A stretch of DNA of 64,000 bases from Selaginella moellendorffii (GCF_000143415.4 NW_003314308.1:620001-684000); one strand, 5' to 3'; shown: positions 1 to 13,244, counted from the first letter of the stretch. Notes: generated by a model from the letters alone, not told the origin. Numbers and translations: made by a program.

Positions 1-249
1 TGCAATTCCCCTAGCCAACCAGCAGAGTCGGACCCGAGACCGCTCTGATACCAAATGTAAGCTCCTGAGTTTGGACTTCCCGGGAGGTCACCCAGCCCAG
101 TACTATTCAAACCCAAGGACGCTTAACCCCAAATATCCCAAGACCCTTAACCAATTGGAAAAGGGGGTGCACTTTTGTTCATGGGCCCTTTCCCTCTATA
201 TTTGAACCCCATGGACCGTCTCTCGAATTGTTCCCTTTGGTTGCTTACA
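1..249 (-). mobile_element. Cassandra-like TRIM: 5' LTR (249-56), PBS and start of internal region running off the window edge
   Basis: Minus strand TGTAAGC...TTACA LTR followed by TT and PBS TGGTATCAGAGC (53-42, tRNA-iMet). The LTR contains a 5S rRNA internal-promoter-like segment (about 73-126). Confidence 0.85.
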
Positions 250-561
250 TATAGCACCTAAAGGTGAAAGTGGGGAGAGTACCCATGAGGCTCGTGTAGG
301 GCCATGGTGTTTCGAAATATCGTCTCAAAATCCCAGACTGTGGAAAGGAAGAGAAGCAATCCTCTAGTATAGTGACCAAAGGTACGGTCACATGATAAGA
401 AAGTCTTAGAAAATAGTGGGACTTAGTGGTTAGGCCTTTGGACCTTGGCCCAGTGGCAGTGTTGGCGAGTATGGTTATGGATGAAGAAGGACTTGGTGGG
501 GACAGAAGAAGGGACATTGGGGAAGGGTGTTCCTTATGTCTCTGGGCATCCTAAGGGTTCT

Positions 562-1204
562 TGTAAGCAACCAAAAGGAACGATTTGAGAAATAATCCAT
601 AAGGTTCAAATATAAAAGGAACGGCCTATTTAAAAGAATGCACCCCGTTTTCCAATCGGTTAAAGGTCTTGGGATATTTAGGGTTAAACATCCTTAGGTT
701 TGAATAGTATTGGGCTGGGTGACCTCTCGGGAAATTCAAATTCAGGAGTTTACATTTGGTATCAGAGGGGTCTTGGGTCCGACTTTATTGGTTGGTTAGG
801 GGAATTGCACCACATATTGATTGACATTTGGCAGGTCCAATTTACTCTTGCTGGGCTCGACCCAAGGGGTAGGGTGTCAAGAGAGCGGGGCTCTTAGGAG
901 AATTGTGGCTCTTAGCTTCTGTTCACAAAGGCATAAACTTGTAAAGAAACATAATGGATTGTAAGCAACCAAAGGAAACGACTTGAGAGATGATCCATAA
1001 GGTTTAAATATAGAGGGAAACGGCCCATGAAAAGAAGTGCACCCCCTTTTCCAATCAGTTAAAGGTTTTGGGATATTTAGGGTTAAACATTCTCAAGAGA
1101 TGATCCATAGGTTTCAAATATAAAGGGAAAGGGTTAAGCGTCCTTGGGTTTAAATAGTACTGGGCTGGATGACCTCCCGAGAAGTTCAAATTCAAAAGCT
1201 TATA
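562..1204 (+). mobile_element. Complete non-coding Cassandra-like TRIM (LTRs 562-754 and 960-1204)
   Basis: Two direct LTRs starting TGTAAGCAACC; PBS TGGTATCAGAG at 757-767; ~205 bp non-coding interior; flanks GTTCT/ATTCT (5-bp TSD with one mismatch). GTTAAGCGTCCTTGGG...TAGTACTGGGCTGGATGACCTCCCGAGAAGT at 1133-1185 resembles plant 5S rRNA. The 3' LTR has an internal partial duplication and no clear PPT. Confidence 0.85.
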
Positions 1205-1248
1205 ATTCTAAGGTGTGGTCAAAAGGATGATCATTTATACATGAATGA

Positions 1249-1865
1249 CTCAATCTTTGAGAGACAAAATTATGATGCAGGTGGTCTTGGACTACCAATA
1301 TAACAAGGGTGAATAAATATAGCTTTAGTGTAATGGGCCAATATGTCGATAGTACCTTTAAGTGTCAATTATGGGATTAGATATGTGAAGTATTTGGACC
1401 AAATGCAAAGGGTAATCCAATATAACAAGGGTGAATGAGCATGGCTTTAGTGTAATGGGCCAATATGTTAATAGTATTTTTAGGTGTCAATTATGGAATT
1501 GGATATGTGGAGTATTTAGACCAAATGCAAAGGTTGATGCTATTCACGGGGACTTGCTAGCCCCCAAATCTAGAATAAAACTTATGGTGAAATTCCTCCA
1601 AGGAATCACTTATACACAGATAGCTCAATCTTTGAGAGACAAAATTATGATGCAGGTGGTCTTGGACTACTGATATAACAAGGGTGAATGAGCATGGCCT
1701 TAGTGTAACAGGCCAATATGTTGATAGTACCTTTAGGTGTTAGTTATGGGATTGGATATGCAAAGTATTTGGACCAAATGCAAAGGTTGATGCTATTCAC
1801 TGGGACTTACTAGCCCCCAAGTCCAGAATAAGACTTATGGAAATTGTGAGTGAGATTCCTCCAAG
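1249..1865 (+). repeat. Imperfect tandem repeat, about 2.5 copies of a ~250 bp unit
   Basis: ATATAACAAGGGTGAAT...TAGTGTAA..GGCCAATATG recurs at about 1298, 1420 and 1673; CTCAATCTTTGAGAGACAAAATTATGATGCAGG recurs at 1249 and 1624. Confidence 0.85.
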
Positions 1866-3864
1866 TGGTCAGAGGTATGGTTAAATGACTAAACTAAAAT
1901 GGAAAATTTAATCGGTTACACATATATCTTAGCAAAGATATTGTCATTATTAAAGAAGTATGGCAAATCAGTACTTCACTATAAAATATGGATTTGCCAA
2001 ACTCCCTGACTTAGTATTTATGCTAAATAATGAAAGACTAGTTTGGTAATCTAGCTTGCATGGGTGCTGTAAAAAATATCCTTGTACTTTAGGTATTATA
2101 TGAAAGATTTTTGGTTGCCATCTATAGCTAAAACAAGTGTGAATTATCATAAAATGTCCAAATGCCAAATAATGGAAAATACAATATACTAAAAACTCCA
2201 ATCTATGTGAGAAGAAAGTGTCCAATTTAGGATAGTTCCAAATAAAAGAGTATTCTTAATATGGATTTCCCCAACCAAGATCATTGTCCCTTAGTAAATC
2301 CTAATTCTTTATAAAGAAAAGAGAAATCTAGCCAATAAAAGGGAAAAAGATATAAAATATATCATGGAAATCCTTTGAGAGAATGTGAATATATATTATC
2401 ACTAAAAAACAATGGAAAAACAAAGAAAGAAAATTATAACTCTTAGAATGCCTCAAAAAGAAAACATTTCAATAGATATTTCTTAACTTTGGCCACAAAA
2501 CTAAACATGCATAGACTTGTTAAAAATACTAGACTTTAAAAAAAATCATACTAAAATGACATGTTAAAACACCAAAATACCCAAGAAAAACATACTCAAA
2601 TATTAAATTCTTGGTAAAGAGAAGGATAACAAAAGAAAATACTAAGTCATGAATGTGAAAATGAGGTGGTGATGAGTTAGTGCCATAACATAACCACTCT
2701 ATTACACTAAGATTATATTCATTCTTAGTGTATTATTAGTGGTTTAAGACCATTTTTACTATAAATTTGTTCACTCGAGACAAGACTATCCATTCCATGA
2801 GTGATGATCTTATGATCAATTCTTAGCATTTTTAGAATGCCTCAAGATCTAAAGGAACACTATTTTATAATATTCTTTCTTAAATCCTTATCAAGTTCCT
2901 CTTTAATTGTGGCAGTGTTTGCCACTAAAATGTCTTTATTAACTATACTTTTAATTACTAAATAAAACAACCACTTCTCTTCTTATATTATGGACTTTGA
3001 TTTTGAAACATTATAGCCTAATGTAAATATTATAGATACATATGCTTTATACATATGGTTAGAATAAGGCTCTAATAAGCCATACAATGTATTTAAGGAG
3101 TTAATGTCATCCACACTTAAATTAGGAGTATTGACCATTTAATTTTTTGGAGGAGCTAGGATTAGTTTTTAAACATTTCATTAGATCACCCCATTTGTCC
3201 ATTTATATTTGCTTTAGATTTGGACTCCTTAGTGTTTGTATCATCACCCTCCACGTAGGTTTAACTTTCATTGGTAACATTAGTTCTTTTGGAATACTCC
3301 CTTTATTATCCCATAGAAATTTATTAAACTATTATTTATTAAATTAGGATATAATTGCTTTAGGCTTTCACCCCACGTTTGAATATATCTGGCTCTAGAT
3401 ATATTCACATATCTATAGATATAGTTCACATATTTCCCTTTCTAGAGATTCATTTTTCAATTGCTTTTTACATATTTCTCAAATGCTTTAATAAGAGTTT
3501 TACTCTCACTCTAAGCTTTTCAAGTTGAAACTTTTGGTCTAAATATGTTACACTTTTTAGACTTCATTTTGGCCATTAGTATGTCATACTTTCGACTCCA
3601 TTTTAGAACTTAGGAATTTGTGTTTTATAAATGATGCATCTATGACTCCCTAGATTTTAGATTTGGAGAGCTAATCAGAATTATATGTAACAAGAAAAGC
3701 AAAGATTCACTAAGTTATTTCCATTTCTAGATAATAGATAGCATTTTCTACAATCTACCCAACTAGAGAATATATGAAGCACTAGCTCATCTATACTATT
3801 AGTCCTCTCAACTATAGGCTCTTGTGAGCTTGGTTAGAAATATACAATTTGAATATAACCTATA

Positions 3865-4010
3865 TGTAAACAGTCAAGAAAAATAATTTGAGAGATGGTT
3901 CTTTGAGATTCAAATATAAAAGAAAAACCCTATAAACAAGAGTGCAACCCCTTTTTCAATTACTTAAATTTTTGGAGATACTTTAGGCTTAATTAGTAAT
4001 GATGACCTCT
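3865..4010 (+). mobile_element. Degenerate solo LTR of the same Cassandra-like family
   Basis: TGTAAACAGTC...TTGAGAGATG...TTCAAATATAAAAG...AGTGCAACCCCTTTT...GATGACCTCT is colinear with the LTR at 960. Confidence 0.6.
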
Positions 4011-4070
4011 TTATAGTTCTTAACTTTTAGTGTTTTGGGTTTAAAAGTTAATTTAAAACCCTTCACTATT

Positions 4071-4106
4071 ACACACACACATACACACACACACATATAT
4101 ATATAT
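4071..4106. repeat. Compound (AC)n(AT)n microsatellite
   Basis: Seen directly in the sequence. Confidence 0.9.
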
Positions 4107-4899
4107 AAGTAAATGCCCATATTAGGCATTTTTTTTTTTCAATTTCTTCTTTTATCAAAGAGGGATACAATTGCTAGCATTGGCAATAAATATTATAGAA
4201 GGGTATTATTGTTGCAAGAGCAACACACTTTTGGATAATATGGTTCATCCTCTTCAACAATCATATAACCTTTATACTCTACATTGTTCTCCTGATTTTT
4301 TTTTGCTTTTTATATTTGTTTTTTGGAAGTTTGGACAGATTATTATGAATGCCAACCACAATTTCAATAACCTTTGGGCACTTTAGATAGAACTACAGGC
4401 CCATTGCTTTTATGTAGCCAGATTTTTGCTTCATATGTAGAGTAAAAACCCTCTATTGAGGCTTGCTCTCTAGGAAACCCTTTACCTATTCCATGGAGTG
4501 AGTGCAAGGGAAGTATGTAAGAGAAGGATTAATACAAACAAAAATAAGGAGAGAATAAATTTTGCATACTAGGGGTGCCACTACACTTCAATCTTTGCAT
4601 ATATTAGTCCAATCTCCCACACTAAATTTGTTACATCCATCTTTGCTCACCTAAAACCCTACCTTTGAATTTGTACTATTTTATTTTATCTATCACAATA
4701 ATGAGTTGCCAAACTTTCTGGGCCGCCAGATCCAGCCAATTGCAGCCATCCGATGGGGGGTAACTGTAAAGGGGTTATTTCTTTAACCACGCTGATGTTT
4801 GCTCCCGGCCAATGGGAGGTGGCCAAACCACATGGGGTGGGAGAGGAAGGTGCAGTGACGTATGTCACATGCATGTGTTCTATAGCAGATTGTGCTGGA

Positions 4900-5270
4900 G
4901 TTCCAGAGCTTGCGGAGAAAATCCAGTGCCAATCAATGCAACCTGGGATTGTGGGTGATGCCAGTGATCACTGCTGTCCAGGAGACTAGATTTGGATCTG
5001 GCATGGTGCAGAAGATCACGATCGCAAGGCCAAGATGGCCGAATTGGATGTAGCTCATGAAGGACACTGCGTTGCTCTCACTCACCATGGAGAGGAGGAT
5101 CTTTGCCTTGCGCAAATGCCCATAATCCCGATCATCGATGTGTATGCCCAGATTGTGGATGTTGCAGAGGTGTGGCGGATCTTCTCCCAAATCGCAGTGA
5201 AACCCATCTTAGCGATGGCCGAGGGGGATATGTTGAGTTCACGTATCTCGAAGCTTTCCACAAGGCAAAC
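4900..5270 (-). pseudogene. PPR gene relic
   Basis: ORF 4933-5190 contains the PPR-like text AIVIFCTMPDPNLVSWTAVITG; the frame is broken on both sides. Confidence 0.55.
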
Positions 5271-5289
5271 CGGTCGCTAAACCAGAGGG

Positions 5290-6960
5290 GAAAAACCGAG
5301 AAAAAGATCTGCAGGAAAAGCATGAGGAAACAGAAGAGGAGAAGTACGAGGAAAAGTCTTGGAGTGTTAGCACACTCCGGATTCTGATCAGACTCACTGA
5401 GCAGCTTTACGAGGGGCTCAACGGCAAATCCAGTGACTGAGAGAGGATTAAGCGAGCGCAGAAGATGATGAGGCTCCAGAAAATGCTGGATAGGATCCCG
5501 AGTGAGAGGAAACCGTGGAAGAAGCTTCAGTCCAGCGAGGTGGTCTTCGTGAAGGAGGCAAAAGAACTATATGATCGTGCGGGGAGAGATTTTGTTGCCG
5601 AATTCAAGAGGAGACAGGTAAGGTTGATATACCTTCCAGATTCCAGATGGCCGTTTGCTAATAACTTCCGTGTTTGTTGTAGAGAGCTGGAGTAACGATG
5701 AGTGTTTGTTTTGTCGGAACCATGATGGCAAGAAGATGATCGGCCGGGCTGGAGCGAACTCTAACACGACTAGACCCTTGGTTTACCTGAGAAGAGAACA
5801 CGAGCAAACTGTTCTAAGCACGTTGAAGAAACGAGAAATGAAGTTGGCTCTGAGCTCAAGAAGTTGGCTGCAAGGATTGGTCAACTGGAGGCCAGTGCTC
5901 GGACTCTAGCATCGGAGAAGCCAATTCTCAAGAGTCAAATCCAGAAGTTGGATCCAGTAAGGCTGTCCATGATAGTAGTGAGGAACGACGTAAACCAGTG
6001 CTAGATGGCTGCAAGATGGCGAGAAGACAATATAGCTGAAGCTGCTCATGACCGGGGTTTCAGATGGCTGCAGAGACTATAAGACAGACTATGCTAGACG
6101 TTCTCTGTCATCTGGTGGAATGAGGGAAGTGTTCGGACAGGAGCCCCAGGGGATAATGGCTGACGGAGTCGAATCCGCTGCACGAGGTGGAGCTCTCGGC
6201 CAGGAGCACGTCGAGAAGAGGATGGCAGAGTTTGGAAGCGCAAAGGCAAGCCTGGAGAAGCAAGTAACTGGCAGCTGATGGAGAGGATCACGGGGCTCGA
6301 GGCACTCAAGGAGAGAGAGACGTGCCAGATGCAAAGGAAAGCTTTGGGGAGACTGAACGAGGAGCTCCAAAGGATAAAGGCTGAGGCACCGAGAGATCAG
6401 AGAGCACAGTTGGACAGGTCAGTTTCCATGGAGCACCGAGCTCTAGAGGTTTGACGGATCAAATGGACGCTACATGCGACAAGAAGGAGGCTTTGCAAGT
6501 CACTCCTCAAGCTCTGTTTTTGTGTGCTCCCACTCGAGCTTCTCAGCACGATCAAGGCCTGAAGTGGCAGAAGCATTTGTCAGAGACGTCAAAGAGACGA
6601 GAATTGGAAGATCGAGAAATCAGCTGCAAGGATTGGTCATGTCGAGGCCAGTACTCGGACTCTAGCATCGGAGAAGCCAGAGTCAAATCCAGAACAGAGC
6701 TCCAAGTGTATTGAAATCTCCAACAACACAGGAAAGCAGTAGCAGGCTTCCAAAGCGCCAGAGACCAGCCTCCACACTCTTCTAAGTCAGCAGAAGATCA
6801 ACCTTATCGAGGAGATATCCTCCCTTGACTCCAAAGTTTTGGAGCTGTCCAAGACGGTGGCCAGAATGAAGCAGCTCAAGCAGTTGAAAGCGGCAGTGGA
6901 CGACCGTGTCTCGGTGCAGTTGGCCAGCTGGGATCTGGAAGTGGAGCAGAGTCCATCAAA
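5290..6960 (+). pseudogene. Fragmented coiled-coil protein gene with an internal repeat
   Basis: Short E/K/Q/L-rich ORFs in shifting frames; a ~70 bp block (GCTGCAAGGATTGGTCA...CTCGGACTCTAGCATCGGAGAAGCC) occurs at about 5867 and 6623. Confidence 0.45.
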
Positions 6961-8694
6961 TTTAATTTTGATATTATTTCAATTTAATTTTCAAAGAAAT
7001 AATGATAATTAAAATAGTGTTTGCTAACTGGGCAATCCATTGCCTCCCAAATCGTCCGAGGACCTTCTCAGACACTGAGACATCCCATTGTTCATCTGAA
7101 AAGCGGCATGATTTTGAGAAGAATTCCAATAATCCCATTAGGGCCCAATAGAATGTTCCTGGGGGGGCAAATCGAAGAATGCAGGTGAGATCTGACCCTC
7201 CTAAGCATCAAATCACACAAAACAAGCACCGAAGCTCACAGAATCACAGCATCAATGCAGCAATCCCGTGAAACAATGCAAGAAATTGCAAGGATTCCGT
7301 CCAGAAATCCATACTCTAGGCAGATCGATCGCGATCTCCAATCCAAAACCCCGCCGCCTGGAGCACCAAACCATTGCCCTTGCTCTGGACTGTGTGGAGG
7401 TCCAAATAGCTAAACTTTTGTCTGTAGAGCACCGTTTGGATCTCATACCAGCTGGCAAGCCAATCAAACAGACTTCCTTTTCCCCCTGTCCCTATGTCTC
7501 TCTCTTGCTTGCTCGATCCAAGAATTGATTCTAACGGTATTCTTATGTTGATTTAAGCCTTTGGTTTGATAGTCTATGATTGTAGCTTAAATTGGCTTCT
7601 TTGAAAATTTGGTGCCAAGAACATCTGAGTAGTTATTGACAAATCATGTCAGGAGAGGGTTTGTTATGGGTTTTTGTGAGAATCTTTTATAGCACATAAG
7701 GATATTCTGAAGGGAGCATATTCTTCTCCATTGTGAGAATATTCTAGAATTCTGAGAAACTCAAATCAATCTGTATTTTTAATGCTTTATGAATAAAACA
7801 ATCAACTTTACCTACTTATTCTGTTTTATAAAGTATTAGAATCTTTGAATATTTTAGGTCAAAATTAACTTTTATAATTTAAGTTAACAGTATTTACAAA
7901 TATAATAAGAAAATTATATTCTATACAAATGGTCTATCTAAATATCACTAAAATATATAGAACCCAATACAAGGTGATGGTATATCAAATGTGGGTTGAC
8001 TTAGTTTTATGAATGTGTAGAACTATGATCAAAGCTTCAATTGTTAATACAAAAAATTTAAATAACTTTAACAATCAGAGTATATATTATATTTTTTATA
8101 TGTAGCCTTAGTTACTTATAATTTAACTCATTATAAAAAAAAAAACTAAGATAATGTATGCAGTATTTGATTAGACAGTAATATTTTAAAATCTTTTTCC
8201 TAACTACAAATATAGTTTATTAGTGCATAATACTATGGAATATAATATTTAAATTTATAGTTTCTATAACATATATATTTACAAATGTGAGGGCCAAGTG
8301 TACGGCTACGATGCCGTATATTAATATTAGCGTAGTTAGATTTTGGTAGCCGTCAGATTGGTTTCAATCCGGACCACTCGCTCTTGTATATAAGCTAGGG
8401 TTTTTGGGCTAATTGATATGCACATTTCTATATTCCCTTTCTATATTCCATGCACTCACATTGGTGGAGGTGAGGGGGACTTTTGATTGTCCATGGGGAG
8501 TGCTTGAATTTGGGATTTCGGTTTAGATCTAGCTTTTGCATTGTCTAGATCTAGCTTTTTCCATTTCTTTTCTTCTGTTCTTTCCTTTCAGGATTTTGGT
8601 TTACATCTAGCTTTTTGCATTGTCTAGATCTACCATTTCTTTCCAGCTTTTTGTCATTTCTCTTCCTTTGCTCTTTCTTTTTTCATTCATCTTC

Positions 8695-9627
8695 ATGGCC
8701 GATCCGCAATCTCCTCCTTTGACTCTAGAGCAGCAGTTGGTTCAATTGCTTGATGCTATGCGCTTGCAATTGAACAACCAAACTCAGTTGATGGCGGCGT
8801 TCATGGCACATGGTACAACTCCTCCTGTTCTTGGTGACAATCCTCGCGTTCGGCTGGAGTTCTTTCGTGGGAATCCTGGGGATAATGTGTACCATTGATT
8901 TAATCACTTCACGGTGATTGCCATATATCATTCTTGGGATGATGCTCGACGCTTGCGTGAGTTCCCCACATGTCTCCAAGGGACGGCATTGCAGTGGTAT
9001 AATGGATTGAGCGCAGCCACTCGTGGCAATTGGAGTGTTCTTCCGAACGTCTTCAAATGCGCCTTCGGACACGCCGACGATTGTGATGATGCCTTCCAAC
9101 AATTGTATCGTCTTTGCCAAGGGCCATCTGAGTCGGTGATGCAATTTGGCGTTCGTTTCCGAAGTTTTTTGCTTCGTGCGGAGCCAAATATGTCGGAGCG
9201 GATCAAGTTAAGAATGTTGTGGCCAGCACTTTGTCAAGATCTTGTCGGACTTGTGCATGCACTTGCTCCTGCCACTCTTGATGATGTTCTTCGCTTGGCA
9301 CAACGTTATGAGACGTCGCCTCTTCCACTTCTTGCTACATGTCCTTCAGCTCCACTTCCTATGAGTGATGGTCCTATTCCCATGGAGGTTGATGCTACTG
9401 CTACTCGAGTCCAAGGACAAGGGCGAGGACGTGGTCGTGGCCGTGATGTTCGTTGCTGGGCGTGTGATGAAGTTGGTCATACTTATCGGCGTTGTCGGCG
9501 TTTTCCGGATTGGCGACCTCCATTTCCTGGGTGGAGACCTTGGCGTCAGCAACGTCCCGTTGGTGCTGCTGCAGTGGAAGGTTTGGATACCAAGGTGCAT
9601 TCGGGAAATGAAGAGTCGCGCGAGTAA
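8695..9627 (+). pseudogene. gag: gag of Gypsy copy 1 (premature TGA at 8896-8898)
   Basis: Retrotransposon gag core (LQGTALQWY, QGPSESV), GPIPMEVD motif and CCHC knuckle CWACDEVGHTYRRC. Confidence 0.92.
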
Positions 9628-9666
9628 TGGAGGGACCTTGCGCGAATAAGTTAGTGACCCCTCCAT
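9603..9666 (+). other. -1 programmed ribosomal frameshift signal (slippery heptamer plus H-type pseudoknot)
   Basis: G GGA AAT in the gag frame (9603-9609); 6-nt spacer; stem 1 9616-9624/9637-9645; stem 2 9627-9634/9659-9666; pol is in the -1 frame. Confidence 0.8.
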
Positions 9667-12095
9667 CTTTCTTTCGGGAGTATCATCAAGGGGTTCACTC
9701 GGCACCGGTTCATCCAGTGTTTACTTTCCAAGCTCGTTTTTATAACAAGAGGTCTCCTATTCTTCTCTCCGTGTTGGTTGATACAGGTTTGAGTTTATTT
9801 TCTATTGCTCAACCTGTTACCACACGTTATCGTTTACACTTGCGTCGTGCGGCGGATCCAGTTTTTATTCTTTATGGCAACGGCCATACACATGCATGTG
9901 CACGAGATGAGGCAGACCTGGTTGTGCGTGTGGGCGATCTCGAGCTTGAGTTACAGTCGTTGCGGGTGGTGCCGAGTCAAGCTTTTGACCTCATTCTTGG
10001 TATGGATTGGTTGCAACGCAATCATGCCAAGTGCGACTTTGAGGCTTCTCCCCCTTGTCTTATACTTCCTTATGTTTCATCCATTCCTCTCACTTCCATA
10101 CCTCTTCGTCCCTTTACTTCTACCTCTGCTTCCATTACTTTTGTTTCCCCACTCTTTCCTTCTGTGTTTCCATCTTATTCTGCTTTTCCCTTTTCCGATC
10201 CCTCCGATGATCTTTGTGTTGTAGCTGTTGACCAGCTCATGAAGGAGTATTTTGATCTCTTTGAATTTGACCTATCGTCTGGGGCCAAGATTGCCACACG
10301 TCATCCCATTCCAACCGGGGATGCTCGTCTAATCAAGGTTCCTGTTCGTCGTCGGTCACCCAAGGAGATCAAGATTTTACGTGCAAATGTCAAGGAGATA
10401 TTGGAGAAGGGTGTTATTCGGAAGTCGCGGAGTCCTTGGGCATGTGAACCTCATCTTGTGACGAAGCCTGATGGGAGTATTCGTTTCTGCATCGACTATC
10501 GTCCGTTAAATGAAGTGACGATCCCGAATGTGTACCCTCTTCCTCACACTGCTAATCTCTTAGATCGTCTGGGGCGAAGTTGTTGGTTCACCAAGCTAGA
10601 TCTTGCTTCTGGGTATTGGCAAGTACCGATGGCCGAAAAAGATATTCCTAAAACTGCTTTTCGTACACCATTTGGTTTGTACGAGTTCTTGGTGATGCCG
10701 TTTGGTTTGAACAATGCTCCGGCAACTTTCTAGCGGATGATGGACGAGGTTCTTTGGGATATGCTGGAGGTGACAGCTGACTTCATTGATGATGTTTTGA
10801 TCCACTCGGAGGGGATGTGGGAGGAGCACGTTCGTGATGTTTGTAAAGTGTTGGATCGGCTACGCGACGTTGGTTTAAAGCTGAAGCGGTCAAAGTGCGT
10901 ATTTGGGTCCAAGGACACAACTTATCTTGGGTACCGTATTTCTCGTGAGGGTTTGCAAGTTGATCCTGATAAACTTGTGGCTGTTCTAAAGTTCCTTACT
11001 CTGAAGTGTGTGAATGATGTGCAACGCTTTTTGGGTAAGGTGCAGTATCTCGATTGTTTTGTGGATCATCTTTCCGATCGCACTACACCATTGCGAGCGT
11101 TGCTGAAGTCATCAACGTCATCTTTCATCTGGTCTCCAGATTGTGAGCAGGCGTTCGTGCATCTCAAAGAGCTATTGACGACTCCTCCGGTTTTGGCATA
11201 TCCTGACTACACTCGACCTTTTATTTTGCGCGTGGATGCTTCTGACATTGGTCTTGGAGGTGTGTTGATGCAAAAGAGCTTGAGTGTGCCTGGTCAGCGC
11301 CATCCCATTGCATACATAAGCCATACATTACAACCAGCGGAGATGAACTACTCCACGACGGAGAAGGAGTGTTTAGCAGCAGTCTGGGGTTTCGAGAAAC
11401 TTCATGCATATCTACATGGTTTTCAGACGTTACTTGAAGGTGATCATGCTACTGTTACTTCATTATTGAAGCGGAAGAACCTAGTTGGTCGTACGGCTCG
11501 ATGGGCTTTGAAGCTTCAAATATATGATTTCGATGTTATTCATCGCCCAGGGAGTTCTATAGCTGATGCTGATGCCCTTTCTCGAGCTCCTCTTCCTTCT
11601 CCACTCACTTCTCATGTTTTTGACGAACCTGTTGTTCCAGCATTTGTGGATTTTCTAGATGAGGATTCTGTGCCGTCGGCGGTTGCTGTCCTTGACGTTC
11701 AGTGTCCACAAGGCGCAGAGCAAGATCTACCTTCTCTTGATGAGGTTCGCGAGGCTCAAAAGATTGAGCCGTGGATTCGAAGGCTTCGAGATGGGTTTGA
11801 GAATCCTGCATCACTTACTGATGACTTGCCTTTCCGGCATTTACATTCTCAATATCGCCTTGAAGATAGCCTTTTTTATTTTGTGGGGACGGATCCTGAT
11901 GATCATTTACGGCTGGTGGTGCCTTTGGTGTTTATTCCGCGGTTTCTCCATGCCTACCATGATTCTCCTGTTCTAGGTGGGCATATGGGACACCGTCGTG
12001 TCACCGAGAAGCTGCGCAGATCTTTCTATTGGCCAGAGATGCAATGTGATATTATCCAGTATGTGCGTAGCTGCGTTTGGTGCCAAGCTCGTAAT

Positions 12096-13244
12096 TGTAA
12101 GGAACCAACTCGCCGAGGTGTCGTAGGCTAAAGGAACCCCGAAAGCATGACCAAAATGACAAAGAGTTCATCGGATGGGACCAAGTCAAAGATCGAGTCC
12201 AAGACCGACTCTAGGACCGAGTTCGAGATAGGGTCCGGAATCGAGTCCAAGACCGACTCGGGGACCGAGTTCGAGTCCGAGTTCGAGACCGAGTTCGAGA
12301 CGGAGTCCGAGATCCGAAATCGGGTCCGAGACCGAGTCCGAAGTCGAGTCCGAGGTCGGGCCCGAGATCGGGTCCGAGATCGAGTTCGCGATCGAGTCCG
12401 AGACCGAATCCGAAGTCGGATCCGAAATCGGATCCGAGATCGAGCCAGAGTCTAAGTCCAAATACTAATACGGGTCAAGGGGTGAAAGCCCAAAGCGTGC
12501 GTCCCCCAGGGGGGGGGGGGGCTGCAGGGGGTTCCAAAAGTACAGTAGGGATAGTGAGGTCCAGGAACCAGTTTTGAAGGGACTCTCCAGTTGGGCTTCC
12601 AAACCGACTTGAGGTTGGGACTGGGACTAAGGGGCCTTGGGTGGGAGTGAGCATGGACTTGGCTGGTGCCGGAGGGGCCATCCAAGGAAGTGCTCAAGAG
12701 CAGCTCCCACTCCCGAAAGGGAAACCGATTGCGGTGCTCCCGGCTCATGTGGAGTGGTGCCCCACTTGAGTACCATGCGGCTCATTGGTCCTCGCCCTGC
12801 CTAGGGGCTTGGGCCTTCCTTCGGGATGGAAGTGGGGGGTGAGAGGTACCCATACCGGGCCGCTAGGCCACGGTGTTTCGCCCCGGCGTCCCGAAGCAAG
12901 TGTTGCACTCAAGACTTGGGATTTAGAGGGTCCTATGATCAAGTCTTGTGGTACCAAAGGATGTTAGGAACCTGGAAGCTTGGTGTGCTTGGCTGCTTGT
13001 GCTTGCGGGGAGTGTAGCCGAACCTTAAGTCCAGTCTAACCCGGGGAGGGGGATTGGGAGTGATTTGGGAATCCGTGGATGGTGGCTAACACTCCGTTGC
13101 TCGTGCAGTGAGTAGCTGAGACCAAATAGGAGCTGGTACCATAGGCGAGAACCTTGGCAAGGGAACTTAGCAAAAGCCAAGGCGGTGTTGGACGGATAGG
13201 CGAGGTAAGCTGGCAAATTGGAAAGGAAAAATTTGTGGCTTACA
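12096..13244. mobile_element. Nested 1149-bp solo LTR of an unrelated family
   Basis: TGTAAG...CTTACA ends; perfect 5-bp TSD GTAAT (12091-12095 and 13245-13249); absent from copy 2 (GCTCGTAATACTCCC at 59701); no TE coding domains. Confidence 0.9.
12180..12455. repeat. Hexamer minisatellite (CCGAGT/TCGAGA-type) inside the solo LTR
   Basis: Dozens of 6-bp CGAG-containing units. Confidence 0.85.

Noticed and set aside
73-126. A true 5S rRNA gene
   Set aside because: Only the central ~55 nt match, the 5' and 3' stems are absent, and the segment is embedded in LTRs.
1249-1865. CRISPR-like or coding repeat
   Set aside because: Long contiguous units with no unique spacers, stops in frame, and a eukaryotic context.
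12147-12461. RD/SR-rich protein ORFs
   Set aside because: Translation artefacts of the hexamer minisatellite inside a solo LTR.
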